DNA of 64,000 bases. Source: Chrysomallon squamiferum (Eukaryota > Animalia > Mollusca). The position numbers were made by a program, and so were the translations under genes. Under the pieces are notes generated by a model. The model did not search any database. It was not told the origin of the DNA and saw nothing but the letters and a program-made list of their open reading frames with translations. The stretch lies in assembly GCA_012295275.1 (NCBI GenBank), contig CM022679.1, forward strand, positions 31,062,001 to 31,126,000. Direction: 5' to 3'. Every line of letters begins with the position of its first letter. Positions within the stretch are counted from its first letter, which is position 1. Shown here in pieces: positions 21,422 to 57,881 of this stretch.

Positions 21422-23288
21422 TAATAATAACAATAATAATAATAAAAACAAATGAAATAAACCAGAGATAAAATAGTAGTATTATTTTAACTGCCTGTTC
21501 TGCATTAATAACCAGAGAGCAGAAACACGTTTAAAAAGATAAATATGAGAGTTTGACAAACATTAAAAACAAACTCATAAAACTGACAGTTTTATGTATC
21601 TGTTTATCTGAAATGATATATTCTTCTCTTATAGAAAATATGACCTCATTAAATAAAAAACGGAACAAATATATTTGTAATCATTTACACGTTAATAGAA
21701 TACTGAAAAAATACAGAATAAGTTATTACTCATTGTGGATGTTGTTATTATTATTGTCATTATCATCCTAACATCATGATAATATCTGGTTTCTTTTTTT
21801 TTTTTTTTTTTGTTCTTGTTGTAAATTTTGAAAATAGTAAAACAAGATGAAATCATTCTAATTGCAAACTGTCTATAATGTGTGTGCGTGCGGGTGTGTG
21901 TATGTGTGCGAACATGTGGTGTTCAAAGCGATGGTTTTGGCATTGATAAAGTCAGTTCGTATTTAATAGACCACTTTAGAATTATAACTCTGTAGTGTAA
22001 AATTTTAACATTATCATTTTAACCCACAAACCCCCACTGCATCGAACTTGACCGTCTTACCATGTTTCAGAATTACAAGAAAGTTGGCAACCTGTGAAGT
22101 CGGTGTGGAGGGTGCAAATAAAAGTCAGATGAGATGAAGTTGGTGGGCTTAAAGAAATTTCAGTGTACTCAGATCGAAACTAGCACTTTGTCATTAAAAA
22201 CATTTTTTATTTGTCGAAATCAATAATAATTTTCAATCATACTAAAAAATAACTGCTTAGGGAGAAGAGTAAAATCTTTGTGATGATTTTATTCATAAAT
22301 TACTATTCTTTTAGGAAATCAAAACAGATTTCCTCGTAATGCTTAATTGACGAGGTAATCGACCTCAAAGAAGTGTTTTTATTAATTTCGTAACATTTGT
22401 TTTTACAATAAAAGACTGGAAACTTTCCGTGTTGATAGAAAAAAATCTATATTTTCTCAACACTGAAAGAGCGAAACCTGTTTGTTTTGATGGAACAATC
22501 ATCCTATACTAACTTAATATATTGTAATTGTCAATATACGTTTTGAATATCATTTCACTTATAGAAAAATTAGGGAAAACTGATGGGCAGATAGAAAAAT
22601 ACAAAGACAGATAGATAGATAAATAGGTGCATATATTGACAGATAGATAGATAGATTATAGATAGATAGAAATATAGATGTAGACTGATATAGATAGATA
22701 GACAGACAGATAGAGAGATAGACACATATACAGCTAGATAGATGTATACTACATATAGAGATACTTTGATAGATACATTGCTAAATAAATACAGATATAC
22801 AAACATTTATGACAGACATACAAAAAGAGAACTCGACAGAATACACAGAGCAAATTAATTATAAAATAAATTTATGAAAATTCGATGTTTAATCGTTTCA
22901 CCTGTCACAAACTTTACATTTATTTTGCTTTTATATTTTTATGCCACAGTAATTTGTTATATATCACACGTTTGATTCATTATTACTGCGTCCGTGCATC
23001 ATTATAAATACCTCGTGCCAACGATATTGCACATATTGTTACAGCTAGATCACTGAATATTACAACTGTTTCTGGTAAGTTATATTCACTTTATAATTAT
23101 TTTTTGCATATAAAATTCTAAAAAGTAGTAAATATTTCGAATAGTTGGAAACTGTTTAAAATCTCAGGGAAATATTTTAAAGGGATTAAACAGAGAATAC
23201 CATATTTATTTTCGTTTCTCTGTTTTCAAGATCTATATTAAATAATGTTAGAAAATAAATATTTTATATACAGTTGACGTTGTTCACC

Positions 23289-24256
23289 ATGTTTGCGATG
23301 AAACTGCAAATTATCCTGCTCTTGATTATTTTGGGATCAGTGCAGGTCGAATTAGAACCTGACAGGTAAGTTTCGTTTTCCCTTTTCCTGTTCAGTGCAG
23401 TTGAATGTGAGACGGGTGAATGAGTCCAAAATAAAATACTTTCTTTAGTGCTCTGGATTGTAGGTGTAATTAAATATATTTGTAATAATCTTAATCTATT
23501 CCAATACAAATACGTATATGGAATTATAAGAAATAAAACCTTTCATCTAAATAGGTAAAACGTTTTTTATTATATGGCTTTAATTATATACATGTAATTT
23601 TAATAGTATTTTTTAATATTATTATTATTACTACTACTACTTTCCTATATTTGTTATTATTATTATTAATTGTTTTGTATCACTAGTCACTTTTTTGCTA
23701 TTTCATTTGCGTCTGACTTACTCTACGTCACTATGAGAGTTTTTTACTTAAAATTGTTCGTAAGAATAAAACAAATATAATGTAATTCTAGTTAAAGGAA
23801 TATATTCATGTTAAGAAAACTATGAAGATGTAAAATGAAACTATGTAAGATAAATCGTAAAACTGAATACTGTTTTCTGCCACTTGAAGTCTAATAAATG
23901 AATTATTTAAACTCGGAGTTACAAAGTTTTTGATGATTTTCTAGCTGTCGTTAGTTCATCATTTAGCAATACAAATTCAGAGACCATCCTTGATAATATC
24001 CCTCAAAGTGTTCATATTAATAGTCATACTTTTAGGGACCCAAACTAGTCATTAGAAATTTATTGATAACGTTACAGAAAAAAATATATATAATACAATG
24101 CAACATTATCGATAATCGAGTACTGGAATCATTAGATAGTTTCACTCTAGGCTGTCATTTTGAAGGTATAATATCATATCAAATAAAAAAAGCTATTTTT
24201 ATTAACGTTTATACCCTTTGTCTTTCTTTTAATACGCATATCCATAAAAATTACTA

Positions 24257-24351
<95 letters not shown>

Positions 24352-26253
24352 CTATCTCTGCTTCTCCTTCTCTGTGTGTATGACTCTCTGTATCTATAGC
24401 TTTTTATGCCCTAACACTTCTCTCCTCACAAATATATACAATTTTTTCACAGACACTCACAAATACACACACCTATAGAAACACAGATATTTTTGGAATT
24501 ATTCACCTGAGTGTTTATCTTCTTTGTACAAATTCACAGATATTTTTTTTATGCCCTTCACATTAATCCAGAAATAACCAACACTTCTCTCCTCACAAAT
24601 ATATAGTGTTTACACTCACAAATAGACACACACATAGAAACACAGATATTTTTGCAATTATTCACCTGAGTGTTTATCTTCTTTGTATAGAGCTGCCTTC
24701 TTGCCGTGAGTATCAATCTTTTAATCCCTAACATAAATCACGTCACCAATAAATCAGAACTATTAGATCAGCTTTTGTCTCTTTTCTTCCCACACCTATT
24801 ACGAACTGCACAGTACATATATCAATAACAACTTTTATGCTTTAACGTGTTATTTTTTTTACTTGTTAATATCACTCTTCTGTTGTTCATCTCTGTGTTT
24901 TTTGTGTGATTATGTGTGTCTGTTTTCTTTCTTAACAGAGTCTTGATAAATAATAGATTAAATACCATTTTAACAATAGTAATGTAGATTAGGGTCCATC
25001 AAACATAGTAACAGCAAATGTTATACTATTTAAAATAAATAAACAAATAAATTAATAAATGATTACAATAATGATAATGGCGATCATGATAATAACAGTA
25101 ATTAAAAGCAACAAGCGCAATAACAACAATAATATCCACAAAAAGCTGTTAAATTAAAGTGTATTACTGTTTATAATACGAGAATAATTTATAATCTCTC
25201 TATTTTTTAGAATAAAATTGGAATATGTCCAGTGATTTAATGTTAATTTATTCTGGATAAGATGGATCCAACTGAAAATAAACTGACTGATGATGCCAGT
25301 ATTCGAGTCATAATCATATAAATTAAACGTCCCACAATGTTGGTCTAGAGACAATGTCTGTATATTGCAGATATTGTTAAACGGAGGTAAAGTGTAAATT
25401 GTTCCTGGTTAATGTTTGTCTTCGAAGTAATATTTTTATTTTTTATTTTCAGCGGGTGGGGGCGATCCACTCCAACTCGCACGTAAGTCAAGTGTATTTT
25501 AAGTCCACATTAATAGGAAGAATCTATGATAAATATATTTGACACAGGCAGAAACCTGGGTATGCAGAAGAATGACTGTGTAATGATAAACAATAATCCA
25601 TGATTAAAAGTTCAAAACATTTTAGTTATAGGCAAATCCTTATATATATATATATTTACTACATTGTTTTTACTTTTATTTTACTTTTTTCTAGTACATT
25701 GACTAGTAAAGTAACTGGAAAAAGATGAATTCCTATTTTTGAACTGCTCAGTTATTCGCCTGATTCTTCTTTCTTTTTTAACAGGTCCCGCCAATCTGAC
25801 GAGCTTGGGTGAGTATCATTCTATTAAGCTCTAATATAAATGACATAACCAGTTACAGAGCTCTATTATGTCACTTTGTGTCTTTGTTTTGGAACACCTA
25901 TTGAGCAGTACAATAGAAATATCTCAGTAATAATTTGACTGTATTTCTCTATTCTTTTCTTTATCTCCGGAAACGTTTTAAATGTCCTCATAAATAATTA
26001 AATTATTATTAAATAAATAAAGTTTCCGCATTATATTCGTACATACTGAGTAATAATTCACACGCATCTCAGGCCGAATCCTGTCGAGTGTTTGTTTTGG
26101 GGTATACGTGTATATGTGTGTGCGTTCTCTTTCTTAACTGAATGTTGATGAATATTAGATTAAATACCATTTTAACAATAATCGTGTAGATCACAGTTCA
26201 TCAAATATGGCAATAGGAAAAATTATGTCATATAAAATAAATAAATATGTGAA

Positions 26254-26306
<53 letters not shown>

Positions 26307-26899
26307 CATGATTATAATATTGTAATAATAACAACAATATCAATAACAGTAATAACAACATCCATAAAGGCTGTGAAATTAAATGTTATTATTGTTTATA
26401 ATAACAGAATCATTTATTATATCCTTGATGTCTTCATAATGTAATAATAAACATATAGAATTCGTCCATTAAGTTAACATTAATTTATCCGACATACGAT
26501 ATATGCAGCTCAACTTAAAATGACGGATAGTGCCACTATACGAGGCATAATCACATAAAGTAAATATCCCTGAATGATCGACTACAGACACTTTATGTCT
26601 GAGCTATCAACTCTGTATATAACAGAAAATGTCAGACTGAGGTAACATGTAGCTAGTTAAAGTTTGTATTCAGCGAAAAGTTCCACTCAGTAAAATAAAT
26701 TTATTTTCTATTCTGAGCCGGTTTGGGCGATCATAAGCTCTGAGAAGTAAGTGAACTATATTTCAAGTCCACTTTAATATGAAGAAGCAAAGATAAATAT
26801 ATGTCTGACACAGGGACTGAGCTAGATGTCCAGGGGAATGAATGTATTAAAATTTCCAAATATTTTAGTTATAGGCAACTCTTAACATCACTCTTAACA

Positions 26900-26987
<88 letters not shown>

Positions 26988-26991
26988 TCCC

Positions 26992-27087
<96 letters not shown>

Positions 27088-27306
27088 CTCCCTCTCTGTG
27101 TGTATGACTCTCTGTATTTGTAGCTTTTTATGCCCTTTACATACAATCCAGAAATAAGCAACACTTCTCTAGTCACAAATATATACGATTTTTTTCCCAT
27201 GTGGACACACAGACACTCAGAAATACAGACACATATAGAAACACATATATTTTTGGAATTATTCACCTGAGTGTTTATCTTCTTTGTACAGAGGCGCCAA
27301 CTACCA
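23289..27306 (+). CDS. Micro-exon amidated-peptide precursor gene 3 (3' part interrupted by the assembly gap)
   Basis: Signal exon 23289-23365 (MFAMKLQIILLLIILGSVQVELEPD+AG|GTAAGT); micro-exons 24691-24705, 25453-25482, 25785-25808, optional 26718-26746, 27292-27306. Joined: ...EPDRAAFLPGWGRSTPTRTSRQSDELG followed by RFGRS* or GANY... Confidence 0.65.
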
Positions 27307-27636
27307 GTGAGTATCAATCTTTTTATCCCTAACATAAATGACGTCACCCATAAGTCAGGACTATTAGATCAGCTTTTGTCTCTTTTTTTGAAACCCCTAT
27401 TACGAACTGCACAGTACATATATCAATAACAACTTTTATTTTTTAACGTGTTATTTTTTCTACTTGTTAATATCACTCTTCTGTTGTTGATCTCTATGTT
27501 TGTGTGTGTATATCTCTGTCTGTTTTCTTTCTTAACAGATAAATAATAGACTAAATACCATTTTAACAACAGTAATGTAGATTACAGTTCATCAAATATG
27601 GTACCAGCAAATGTTATACTATTTAAAATAAATATA

Positions 27637-27836
27637 NNNNNNNNNNNNNNNNNNNNNNNNNNNNNNNNNNNNNNNNNNNNNNNNNNNNNNNNNNNNNNNN
27701 NNNNNNNNNNNNNNNNNNNNNNNNNNNNNNNNNNNNNNNNNNNNNNNNNNNNNNNNNNNNNNNNNNNNNNNNNNNNNNNNNNNNNNNNNNNNNNNNNNNN
27801 NNNNNNNNNNNNNNNNNNNNNNNNNNNNNNNNNNNN
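27637..27836. other. Assembly gap (200 N)
   Basis: Run of N. Confidence 1.
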
Positions 27837-28549
27837 GCTAATAGATAATATATTTTATTTATTCTACACAAAATTTTAGTATGAAATAGTAATATTTTTT
27901 TTATCTTCCTAATCCTAGTGAGAAATGAGATTACATTATTATAAGCACGTATATTATTGTTTTCATCTTCACTGAAGACATATTCTTCCATTTACTGAAT
28001 GATTATTCATGCCATTCACATTACTTTTATCAATTTCTAAAAATGTCTTGTTCGTAATATAAAGCTTTTTATCATTCTCGTATTCTATAATAATGCTCTT
28101 CTAAAATCATACTGAATTTGCTTAATCAGAAATATTTTTATGACAGATACACAATAACAAAATCAACTAAAATCGGAATTAAGATTTAAAAAAGTGCGAG
28201 TTGTTGCATTTTTTTCATAATATTATAATAACTTGTTAGCGATTATAAATATTTGTTTTCGTTTGTTATTTAATATGGTCAAAATTTCTGAAAGAAAACT
28301 ATATATCATATCAGAAAAACAGCTACATAAAACAGTCTGTTGTATGAGTTTTCGTTTTGTGTTTTTCAAACTGTCATATTTATCTTTTTAAATGCATTTC
28401 TGCTCCCTTGTTATTAATGCAGAACAGGTAGTTGAAATAATGTTACTATTTTATCTCTCGTTTATTTCATTTGTTTATATATATGCGTATTTATTTACAT
28501 TATTCATCTATATAGAGCAGCTTGAAAACTGTAATGTTGTTATTATTAC

Positions 28550-28592
<43 letters not shown>

Positions 28593-29955
28593 ATTATTAT
28601 TATTATTATTATTATAGCTTTTCTTCCAATTTTGCTGTCCCATAATACTATCCAAATGTTTCATGTAAATATGCTTTCGTTGTTTATTATTATTCTGTAC
28701 ATAATGTTGTTATTTATTATTTCTAGCTACTGTAACAGATACCACAATTGTTTCAGTTAAGTTATATTTAATTAATATCTTAGTGGTGACAATGAATATA
28801 AATTTATACTGTATTATTTAAAATAATATTGTAATAACTTGCAATCGATTATAAACATATATATTTTCGTTTGATATTTAATATTGTCATACTTTCTGAT
28901 AGAAAACAGTACATCATCCTCGATGAACAGATATATAAAACTGTCAATTCTACGTGAGTGTGATTTATTTTTTCAAACTCATATTTTTCTTTTTAAATGT
29001 GTTTTTACTTTGTTGTTATTAGTACAGTAGAGGTAGTCTAAATAATATTATCTACTTTATCTCTCATTTATTAGATTTTAATCTATTTTGTTTTTGTCAG
29101 TCTCTTTTTTTTGTTCTTTTCGTTGTTGTTTTTTGTTGATTTTTTTGTTTTGTTTGTTTGTTGATTTTCTGATGTCCCATATTGCTATTCAAACGTTTCA
29201 TGGAAATATGCCTTCGCTCTTTATTGTTATTCTATACTGTAATGTAATTATTCATTATTAGTATCTGCTGTAATAAATACTTCCATTGTTTTAGTTAAAT
29301 ATGTTTAATTGATATCCTAGTACTAACAGTAGTACGTACGTACAAACCTACAATAATATAATTCTATTTAAATTTAATCCTTCTCTTACAGAATGAAGTT
29401 CAGTAGAGTTATTATAACTAATAATAATAATAATATAATTATTTTAAATAATCTTCTGTCATCCTAACATATTACATAATATTGAAATGTTTTTTTTAAA
29501 GTACGCAAACGTTATCCTTATAAGGTATAAATCTGTAATTTAATTATTCGTTATTATTACTGTTATATAATTTATATTAGTACTGTTGTCTAAGTAATTA
29601 TTACAGATGGCTTATAAAAAAAAGGACGAGTTATATACTAAAACATAATATATATTTCGAAATAGATAATTAGAAAATTATCCACAAACTGAGAGAGAGA
29701 GAGTGAGAGACGATTTCATGACCTCGCTTTTAAATAGCTTGTTTAATTCCTAATTATCTATATTATTATAGGTGTCTACGTACATACTAGAGTTACCAGT
29801 AAGATATTAATTGAACATATTTAACTAAAACAATTGTGACATCTATAACAGTAATAATGAATAATAACATTACAATATAGAAAAACAATAAAGGACGAAA
29901 ATATATTTGCATGAAACATTTGAATACCATTATGGGACAACCGAAAAAAAGCGAT

Positions 29956-29996
<41 letters not shown>

Positions 29997-31865
29997 TAAT
30001 AATAACAATAATAATAATAAAAACAAATGAAATAAACCAGAGATAAAATAGTAGCATTATTTTAACTGCCTGTTCTGCATTAATAACCAGAGAGCAGAAA
30101 CACGTTTAAAAAGATAAATATGAGAGTTTGACAAACATTAAAAACAAACTCATAAAACTGACAGTTTTATGTATCTGTTTATCTGAAATGATATATTCTT
30201 CTCTTATAGAAAATATGACCTCATTAAATAAAAAACGGAACAAATATATTTGTAATCATTTACACGTTAATAGAATACTGAAAAAATACAGAATAAGTTA
30301 TTACTCATTGTGGATGTTGTTATTATTATTGTCATTATCATCCTAACATCATGATAATATCTGGTTTCTTTTTTTTATTTTATTTTTTGTTCTTGTTGTA
30401 AATTTTGAAAATAGTAAAACAAGATGAAATCATTCTAATTGTAAACTGTCTATAATGTGTGTGCGTGCGGGTGTGTGTATGTGTGCGAACATGTGGTGTT
30501 CAAAGCGATGGTTTTCGCATTGATAAAGTCAGTTCGTATTTAATAGACCACTTTAGAATTATAACTCTGTAGTGTAAATTTGTAACATTATCATTTTAAC
30601 CCACAAACCCCCACTGCATCGAACTTGACCGTCTTACCATGTTTCAGAATTACAAGAAAGTTGGCAACCTGTGAAGTCGGTGTGGAGGGTGCAAATAAAA
30701 GTCAGATGAGATGAAGTTGGTGGGCTTAAAGAAATTTCAGTGTACTCAGATCGAAACTAGCACTTTGTCATTAAAAACATTTTTTATTTCTAGAAAGCAA
30801 TAATAATTTTCAATCATACTAAAAAATAACTGCTTAGGGAGAAGAGTAAAATCTTTGTGACGATTTTATTCATAAATTACTATTCTTTTAGGAAATCAAA
30901 ACAGATTTCCTCGTAATGCTTAATTGACGAGGTAATCGACCTCAAAGAAGTGTTTTTATTAATTTCGTAACATTTGTTTTTACAATAAAAGACTGGAAAC
31001 TTTCCGTGTTGATAGAAAAAAATCTATATTTTCTCAACACTGAAAGAGCGAAACCTGTTTGTTTTGATGGAACAATCATCCTATACTAACTTAATATATT
31101 GTAATTGTCAATATACGTTTTGAATATCATTTCACTTATAGAAAAATTAGGGAAAACTGATGGGCAGATAGAAAAATACAAAGACAGATAGATAGATAAA
31201 TAGGTGCATATATTGACAGATAGATAGATAGATTATAGATAGATAGAAATATAGATGTAGACTGATATAGATAGATAGACAGACAGATAGAGAGATAGAA
31301 ACATATACAGCTAGATAGATGTATACTACATATAGAGATACTTTGATAGATACATTGCTAAATAAATACAGATATACAAACATTTATGACAGACATACAA
31401 AAAGAGAACTCGACAGAATACACAGAGCAAATTAATTATAAAATAAATTTATGAAAATTCGATGTTTAATCGTTTCACCTGTCACACACTTTACATTTAT
31501 TTTGCTTTTATATTTTTATGCCACATTAATTTGTTATATATCAGACGTTTGATTCATTATTACTGCGTCCGTGCATCATTATAAATACCTCGTGCCAACG
31601 ATATTGCACATATTGTTACAGCTAGATCACTGAATATTACAACTGTTTCTGGTAAGTTATATTCACTTTATAATTATTTTTTGCATATAAAATTCTAAAA
31701 AGTAGTAAATATTTCGAATAGTTGGAAACTGTTTAACTTCTCAGTAAAATATTTTAAAGGGATTAAACAGAGAATACCATATTTATTTTCGTTTCTCTGT
31801 TTTCAAGATCTATATTAAATAATGTTAGAAAATAAATATTTTATATACAGTTGACGTTGTTCACC

Positions 31866-41562
<9,697 letters not shown>

Positions 41563-42383
41563 TATCGAGTAAGTGAAATAAAACAAAAATGAATTAAAAA
41601 AATAACAATGATGATCATAATAATAATAGAAATAATAACAACAATAACAATAATAGCAATATCGATAAATCGCTGTTTGAATTTGGTTCTGTTTTGTATA
41701 TATATATATATGATAACAGCAATTGTATATTATTTTAAATAAATAAATAAATTAAAATAAAATGATGATGATGACGATGCCAATGGCAACAAGAACAATA
41801 TTAATAACAATAATAACAACATCCCCAAATACCTGTTAAATTAAAACGTATTATTGTTTAATAATATGAGAATAATTTTTAACCTCTTTGTTTTGTTCAT
41901 GGTGTAATAAATTTGGAATAAGTCAAGTAAGTTCACATTAATTTATGGTATATAAGATAGATGCAGCTGAACATAAACTGTTGGATAGTGACAGTATACG
42001 AGTCATGATCGTGTGCATTAAACATCCCTGAGTAATCGACTAGAGACGCTTTATGTCAGAGATATCAACTCTGTATATTACTGACAATGTCAGACTGAGG
42101 TACAAGGTAAAGAGTACCTAGTTAATGTTTCGATTCAGCGAAAAGTTCCACTGAGTAAATTTTTTATTTTTTTAGGTGTAGACGGCCGCCCTATCCCCCA
42201 TGACAAGTAAGTAAGTATAATTTAAGTCCACATTAACATCAAGTAAATAAACAAACACATAAATAAATAAATAAATAATGAGTTGCCTATAACAAAGCTA
42301 TTTCGAAATTTTTATAATTATACAGTCATTCTTCTGCCCATCTAGCTTTCTCCCTTTCTCAGATATATTTTATTCTACTTCAG

Positions 42384-42441
42384 AGCGACGAGTGAACTGT
42401 AAAAGGAGAATGATGTTGTAAGCTACTGAAGAGATAATAAA
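42384..42441 (+). terminator. 3'-terminal exon with AATAAA, gene 4
   Basis: ctacttcag acceptor ending at 42383; AATAAA at 42436-42441; preceded by a 31-nt exon at 42176-42206 (CRRPPYPP* in phase 2). Confidence 0.55.
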
Positions 42442-42526
42442 ATGCTGATGGAAAACATTGAAATGTCTGTTATGAATCTGTAATAGCTCTTTAATAGGGA
42501 GGGAATGAAACCATTAATGGTTGTGC

Positions 42527-42602
<76 letters not shown>

Positions 42603-42743
42603 GTGTATAAAATCCTGTTGCTAACGTGCAGTAACTATTTAGAAAACAGAAGAAAAAGAAATGACAATATTACCTTCATACATTATGTAACATACTAATG
42701 TGACTGAAAAATGACATAAAATAATAGGATTATTAATATTATA

Positions 42744-43306
42744 TTCTCCCAAAAGAGAAACGCAAAATGGTTGATTTCTTAGATAACTATTGTAAACTGA
42801 CACACATCGAACTATGAGTATAATGACATTTGGTGATTCAAACATATAACTTTACTTACAGTCGCTAAAAAGTAGTTAACAGAAATAAAAGCTATAATCG
42901 TGTTTATTAGCCAAAACGTCCCCGCATGCAAACCACGTTACCAGTGCATGCGCACGTGCAGCACGAGAAACTTGAATACGAGGGTTATAAAACTGCAAGG
43001 TTTTCGAATACTTCTGTTCTTTATTTCTGTTGTGACCCAACATCAAACAAATGCCACGACTGAGGGAACCGCAATGAAACAACGCCATCGGCCGTTTACA
43101 AGCTGGCGAATCCTTCTCGACCGAAGCCCGGGTGTTCCATGTATCCCCAAGCACAAAATTACAACACACAAAAGAGAAAAGAATACAGTTAAACGTAGTA
43201 ACTTTTTCGAACAGTTGGTGTCTACATACGGAAGAAAGTTTCAAATCTTAGGGAAATACGTTAACAGGACGAAGGAGAAAATAACACATTCACTTTTGTT
43301 TCCCTG
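42744..43306 (+). mobile_element. Second copy of the Tc1/mariner fragment
   Basis: Inverted near-identical copy of 10843-11411; ATG at 43051 reads MPRLREPQ* (premature TGA). Confidence 0.7.
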
Positions 43307-43329
43307 TGTGGGTGTGTGTGTGAGTGCGC

Positions 43330-44377
43330 GCGCGCGTGTGTGTGTTTAATCGAGATGAGTGCAAAATTAAATACCTTTTTAGTGTTGGCGGCCGTAGATG
43401 TAATTAAATATATTTGTAACAATCTTGTTTTATTCCAGTACAAATACGTATATGGAATTATGAGAAATAAAACCTTTCATCTAAATAATTTTGAATGTAA
43501 AACGTTTCTTATTATATGGCTTTAATTATAGACATGTAATTTTAATCGTACTTTTTTTTTGTATTATTATTTTTTTTTTTTTCGCATCACTAATCACTTC
43601 TTGTTACATTGTTACATATTTTAAATCAAACATTTGCTATTTCATTTACGTTTAAGTTCCTTTACGTCAGTGTAAGGTTTATTTTACTGAAAATTATACG
43701 TAAGAATAAAACAGAATGTAATTGTAGTTAAAGGAATATATTCATGTTAAGAAAACTATTAAGATGTAAAATAAAACTGTAAAATAAATCGTAAAACTGC
43801 ATGCTGTTTTCTGCCACCTGAAGTCTAATAAATCAATTATTTATACTCGAAGTTAGAAAATACTTTAAGATTTTCGAGCTGCTTTTAGTTCCTCATTTAA
43901 CAACATAAATTCAGAGATCCACTTTGATAACATGTCTCAGTGTGTTCATATTAATATTCACAGTTTTAGGGACCCAGCCTAGTTAGTAGAAATTTATTTA
44001 TAGCTTTACAGAAAAACAAATACCCTGAAACATTATCCATATTCGAGTACTGGATTCATGAAATATATTAAGAATTTATATTGATAATAAACAGAAAATT
44101 TTGCGTTAGAACGAATATTAATTAGATTAATAATGCAGTATGTTTCGCACTTTGTTTTGGTGTACATTCGGTATTAAAAAACAAAGGAAGATAAAAAGCT
44201 TTTTCTTTTATTAAGTTTTGTTCCTCTTATCTTTCTTTCAATACGCATATCTGTAAAAATAAGGCACATATTATTAGTGGATTGAAAAGATATCCTCCCA
44301 TATATCTTTTTTTTTATTTTAATTTTTATTATGATTATTATTATTATTTATCTATTTGTCTCTCTGCGTACGTAACC

Positions 44378-44418
<41 letters not shown>

Positions 44419-45019
44419 CTATTAATATTATCTCATTTTTAGATATAAAACCTAAAATTTAAATATTATGTAATCGAAGGTTTTACTCACGGATGTAAAA
44501 ATAAAACGAGGAGAAAGTGAATTATTAAGCTGAATTATTGTTTTCTAAAAATCGGATGTTTATATATGAACACACTGTGTTAAGTGTTACATAGTTGATG
44601 CCGTATTTCTCTATTTTTCTAGATGACTTTATTGGTTCATTCCACAATACAATAACAGCGACCCAGGCTGCTCATTTACTACAGTGTATTCATATAAGGG
44701 TTGACATTTTTTAGGGAAAAACTTCCATGAATATTACTATATTTATCTGCAATAGTGTTACGTTTATATTTTATTTGAGATTCTAACGATAATGGTAAAG
44801 TATTATTCCTAATGAACCATTTTTTCAGTTTACGGCAAAGTGGCACTCAGTAAAAGATTTTTACTTTTTATTTCTAGCCGCTCTGTGATGTATGTGGAGT
44901 ATATTTTAAGTCGACATTAATTTGAAGAAACAGAGATAAATAAATGTATGACACAGGGAGAAAGCCAGCTGGGCTGAAGAATGAATAATTTTCTAATATT
45001 TTAGTTATATGCAACTCAT

Positions 45020-45055
<36 letters not shown>

Positions 45056-45719
45056 TACATACTTTATTTATATATTTAATTTATTTACTTTTACTTACTT
45101 TACTCTTACTCTATCTAGCATGTATGTATTAATGTATGTATGTATGTATGTGTATGTGTTTTAAATATATTTTAGTGGTACTATTTACTTTTATTTTACT
45201 TTTCCCTAGTAAATTCACTACTAAAATAACTGGAAAAAAAATGAATTCATATTTTTAAACTGCAGAATTATTCATCTGACTGTTTTTCTTTTTTAGCTTT
45301 TTCCGTGAGTATCGTTCTATTAATACCTAACATAAATGACCACCAATACTGCGGCACTTTTATATAACTTGTGTTTTGTCTTGGAATACCTATAAAGAAT
45401 TAGAAAATATATATCTCAGTACTAAATTTATTGGATTTTCTTTAAAGTGGAAAGAGGACAAAATGATAATTTGTCTATTTTCTTATATCACAACTGTGTT
45501 CTTGATATTCGAAAAGATTTTAAGCGTCCTCCTAAATAATTAAAATATTATTACGTAAATAAACTTTCCACGTTACATTCGGTCACATTAAAGTAATAAC
45601 TGAGACGCGTCTCAGGCAAAATCCATTTGAGTGTTTGTGTGTGTGTCATTATATGTGTGTGTGTGTCTTTACATGTGTGTGTGTCTCTTTATATGTATGT
45701 GTGTGTTTTTTCTTTCAAA

Positions 45720-45720
<1 letters not shown>
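43330..45720 (+). pseudogene. Headless, decayed paralog of the micro-exon genes
   Basis: Homologous to intron 1 of the other genes but lacks the signal exon; shrunken exon slots at ~44878-44889 (12 nt) and ~45297-45304 (8 nt). Confidence 0.5.
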
Positions 45721-47340
<1,620 letters not shown>

Positions 47341-47344
47341 TATC

Positions 47345-57103
<9,759 letters not shown>

Positions 57104-57648
57104 GGTGAACAACGTCAACTTTTAATTACAAACTGCAAAGTAAACATTTAATGTTTAGCGCTCTGAATTAAGAGAAACAATATTTAATTTCTAACATTAT
57201 TTAATATGGATCTTGAAAACAGAGAAACGAAAATATATATGGTATTCTCTCTTTAATCCCTTTAACATATTTCCCTGAGATTTTAAACTTCTTCCAACTA
57301 TTCGAAATATTTACTACTTTTTATAATTTTCTGTGCAAAAAATAATAATAGAGTGAATATAACTTACCAAAATAGTTGTAATATTCAACGATCTATCTGT
57401 AAGAATATGTGCAATATCGTGGGTACGAGGTATTTATAACGATCCACGGACGCTTTAATTATCAATCAAACCTCTGATATCTAAAAGATTACTATGGCAG
57501 AAAAATATGTCGTCAAAATGAATGGAAAGTTTATGAAATGTGAAACCATAAAACGTCGAATATTTAAAAAATGTATAATTAATTTATTCTGTGTATTCTG
57601 TCGATTTCTCTTTCTGTCTATCTGCGAATCTCGGTCTACATCTATCCA

Positions 57649-57881
<233 letters not shown>

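Noticed and set aside
23264-23509. Recurrent ORF MYWNRLRLLQ...CTDPKIIKSRIICSF (also 17679, 31841, 56883)
   Set aside because: It is the antisense frame of the signal-peptide exon plus intron 1.
43346-43525. MSAKLNTFLVLAAVDV... as a signal-peptide exon
   Set aside because: Homologous to intron-1 sequence in which other copies have an early stop (ATGAGTGCAAAATAA).
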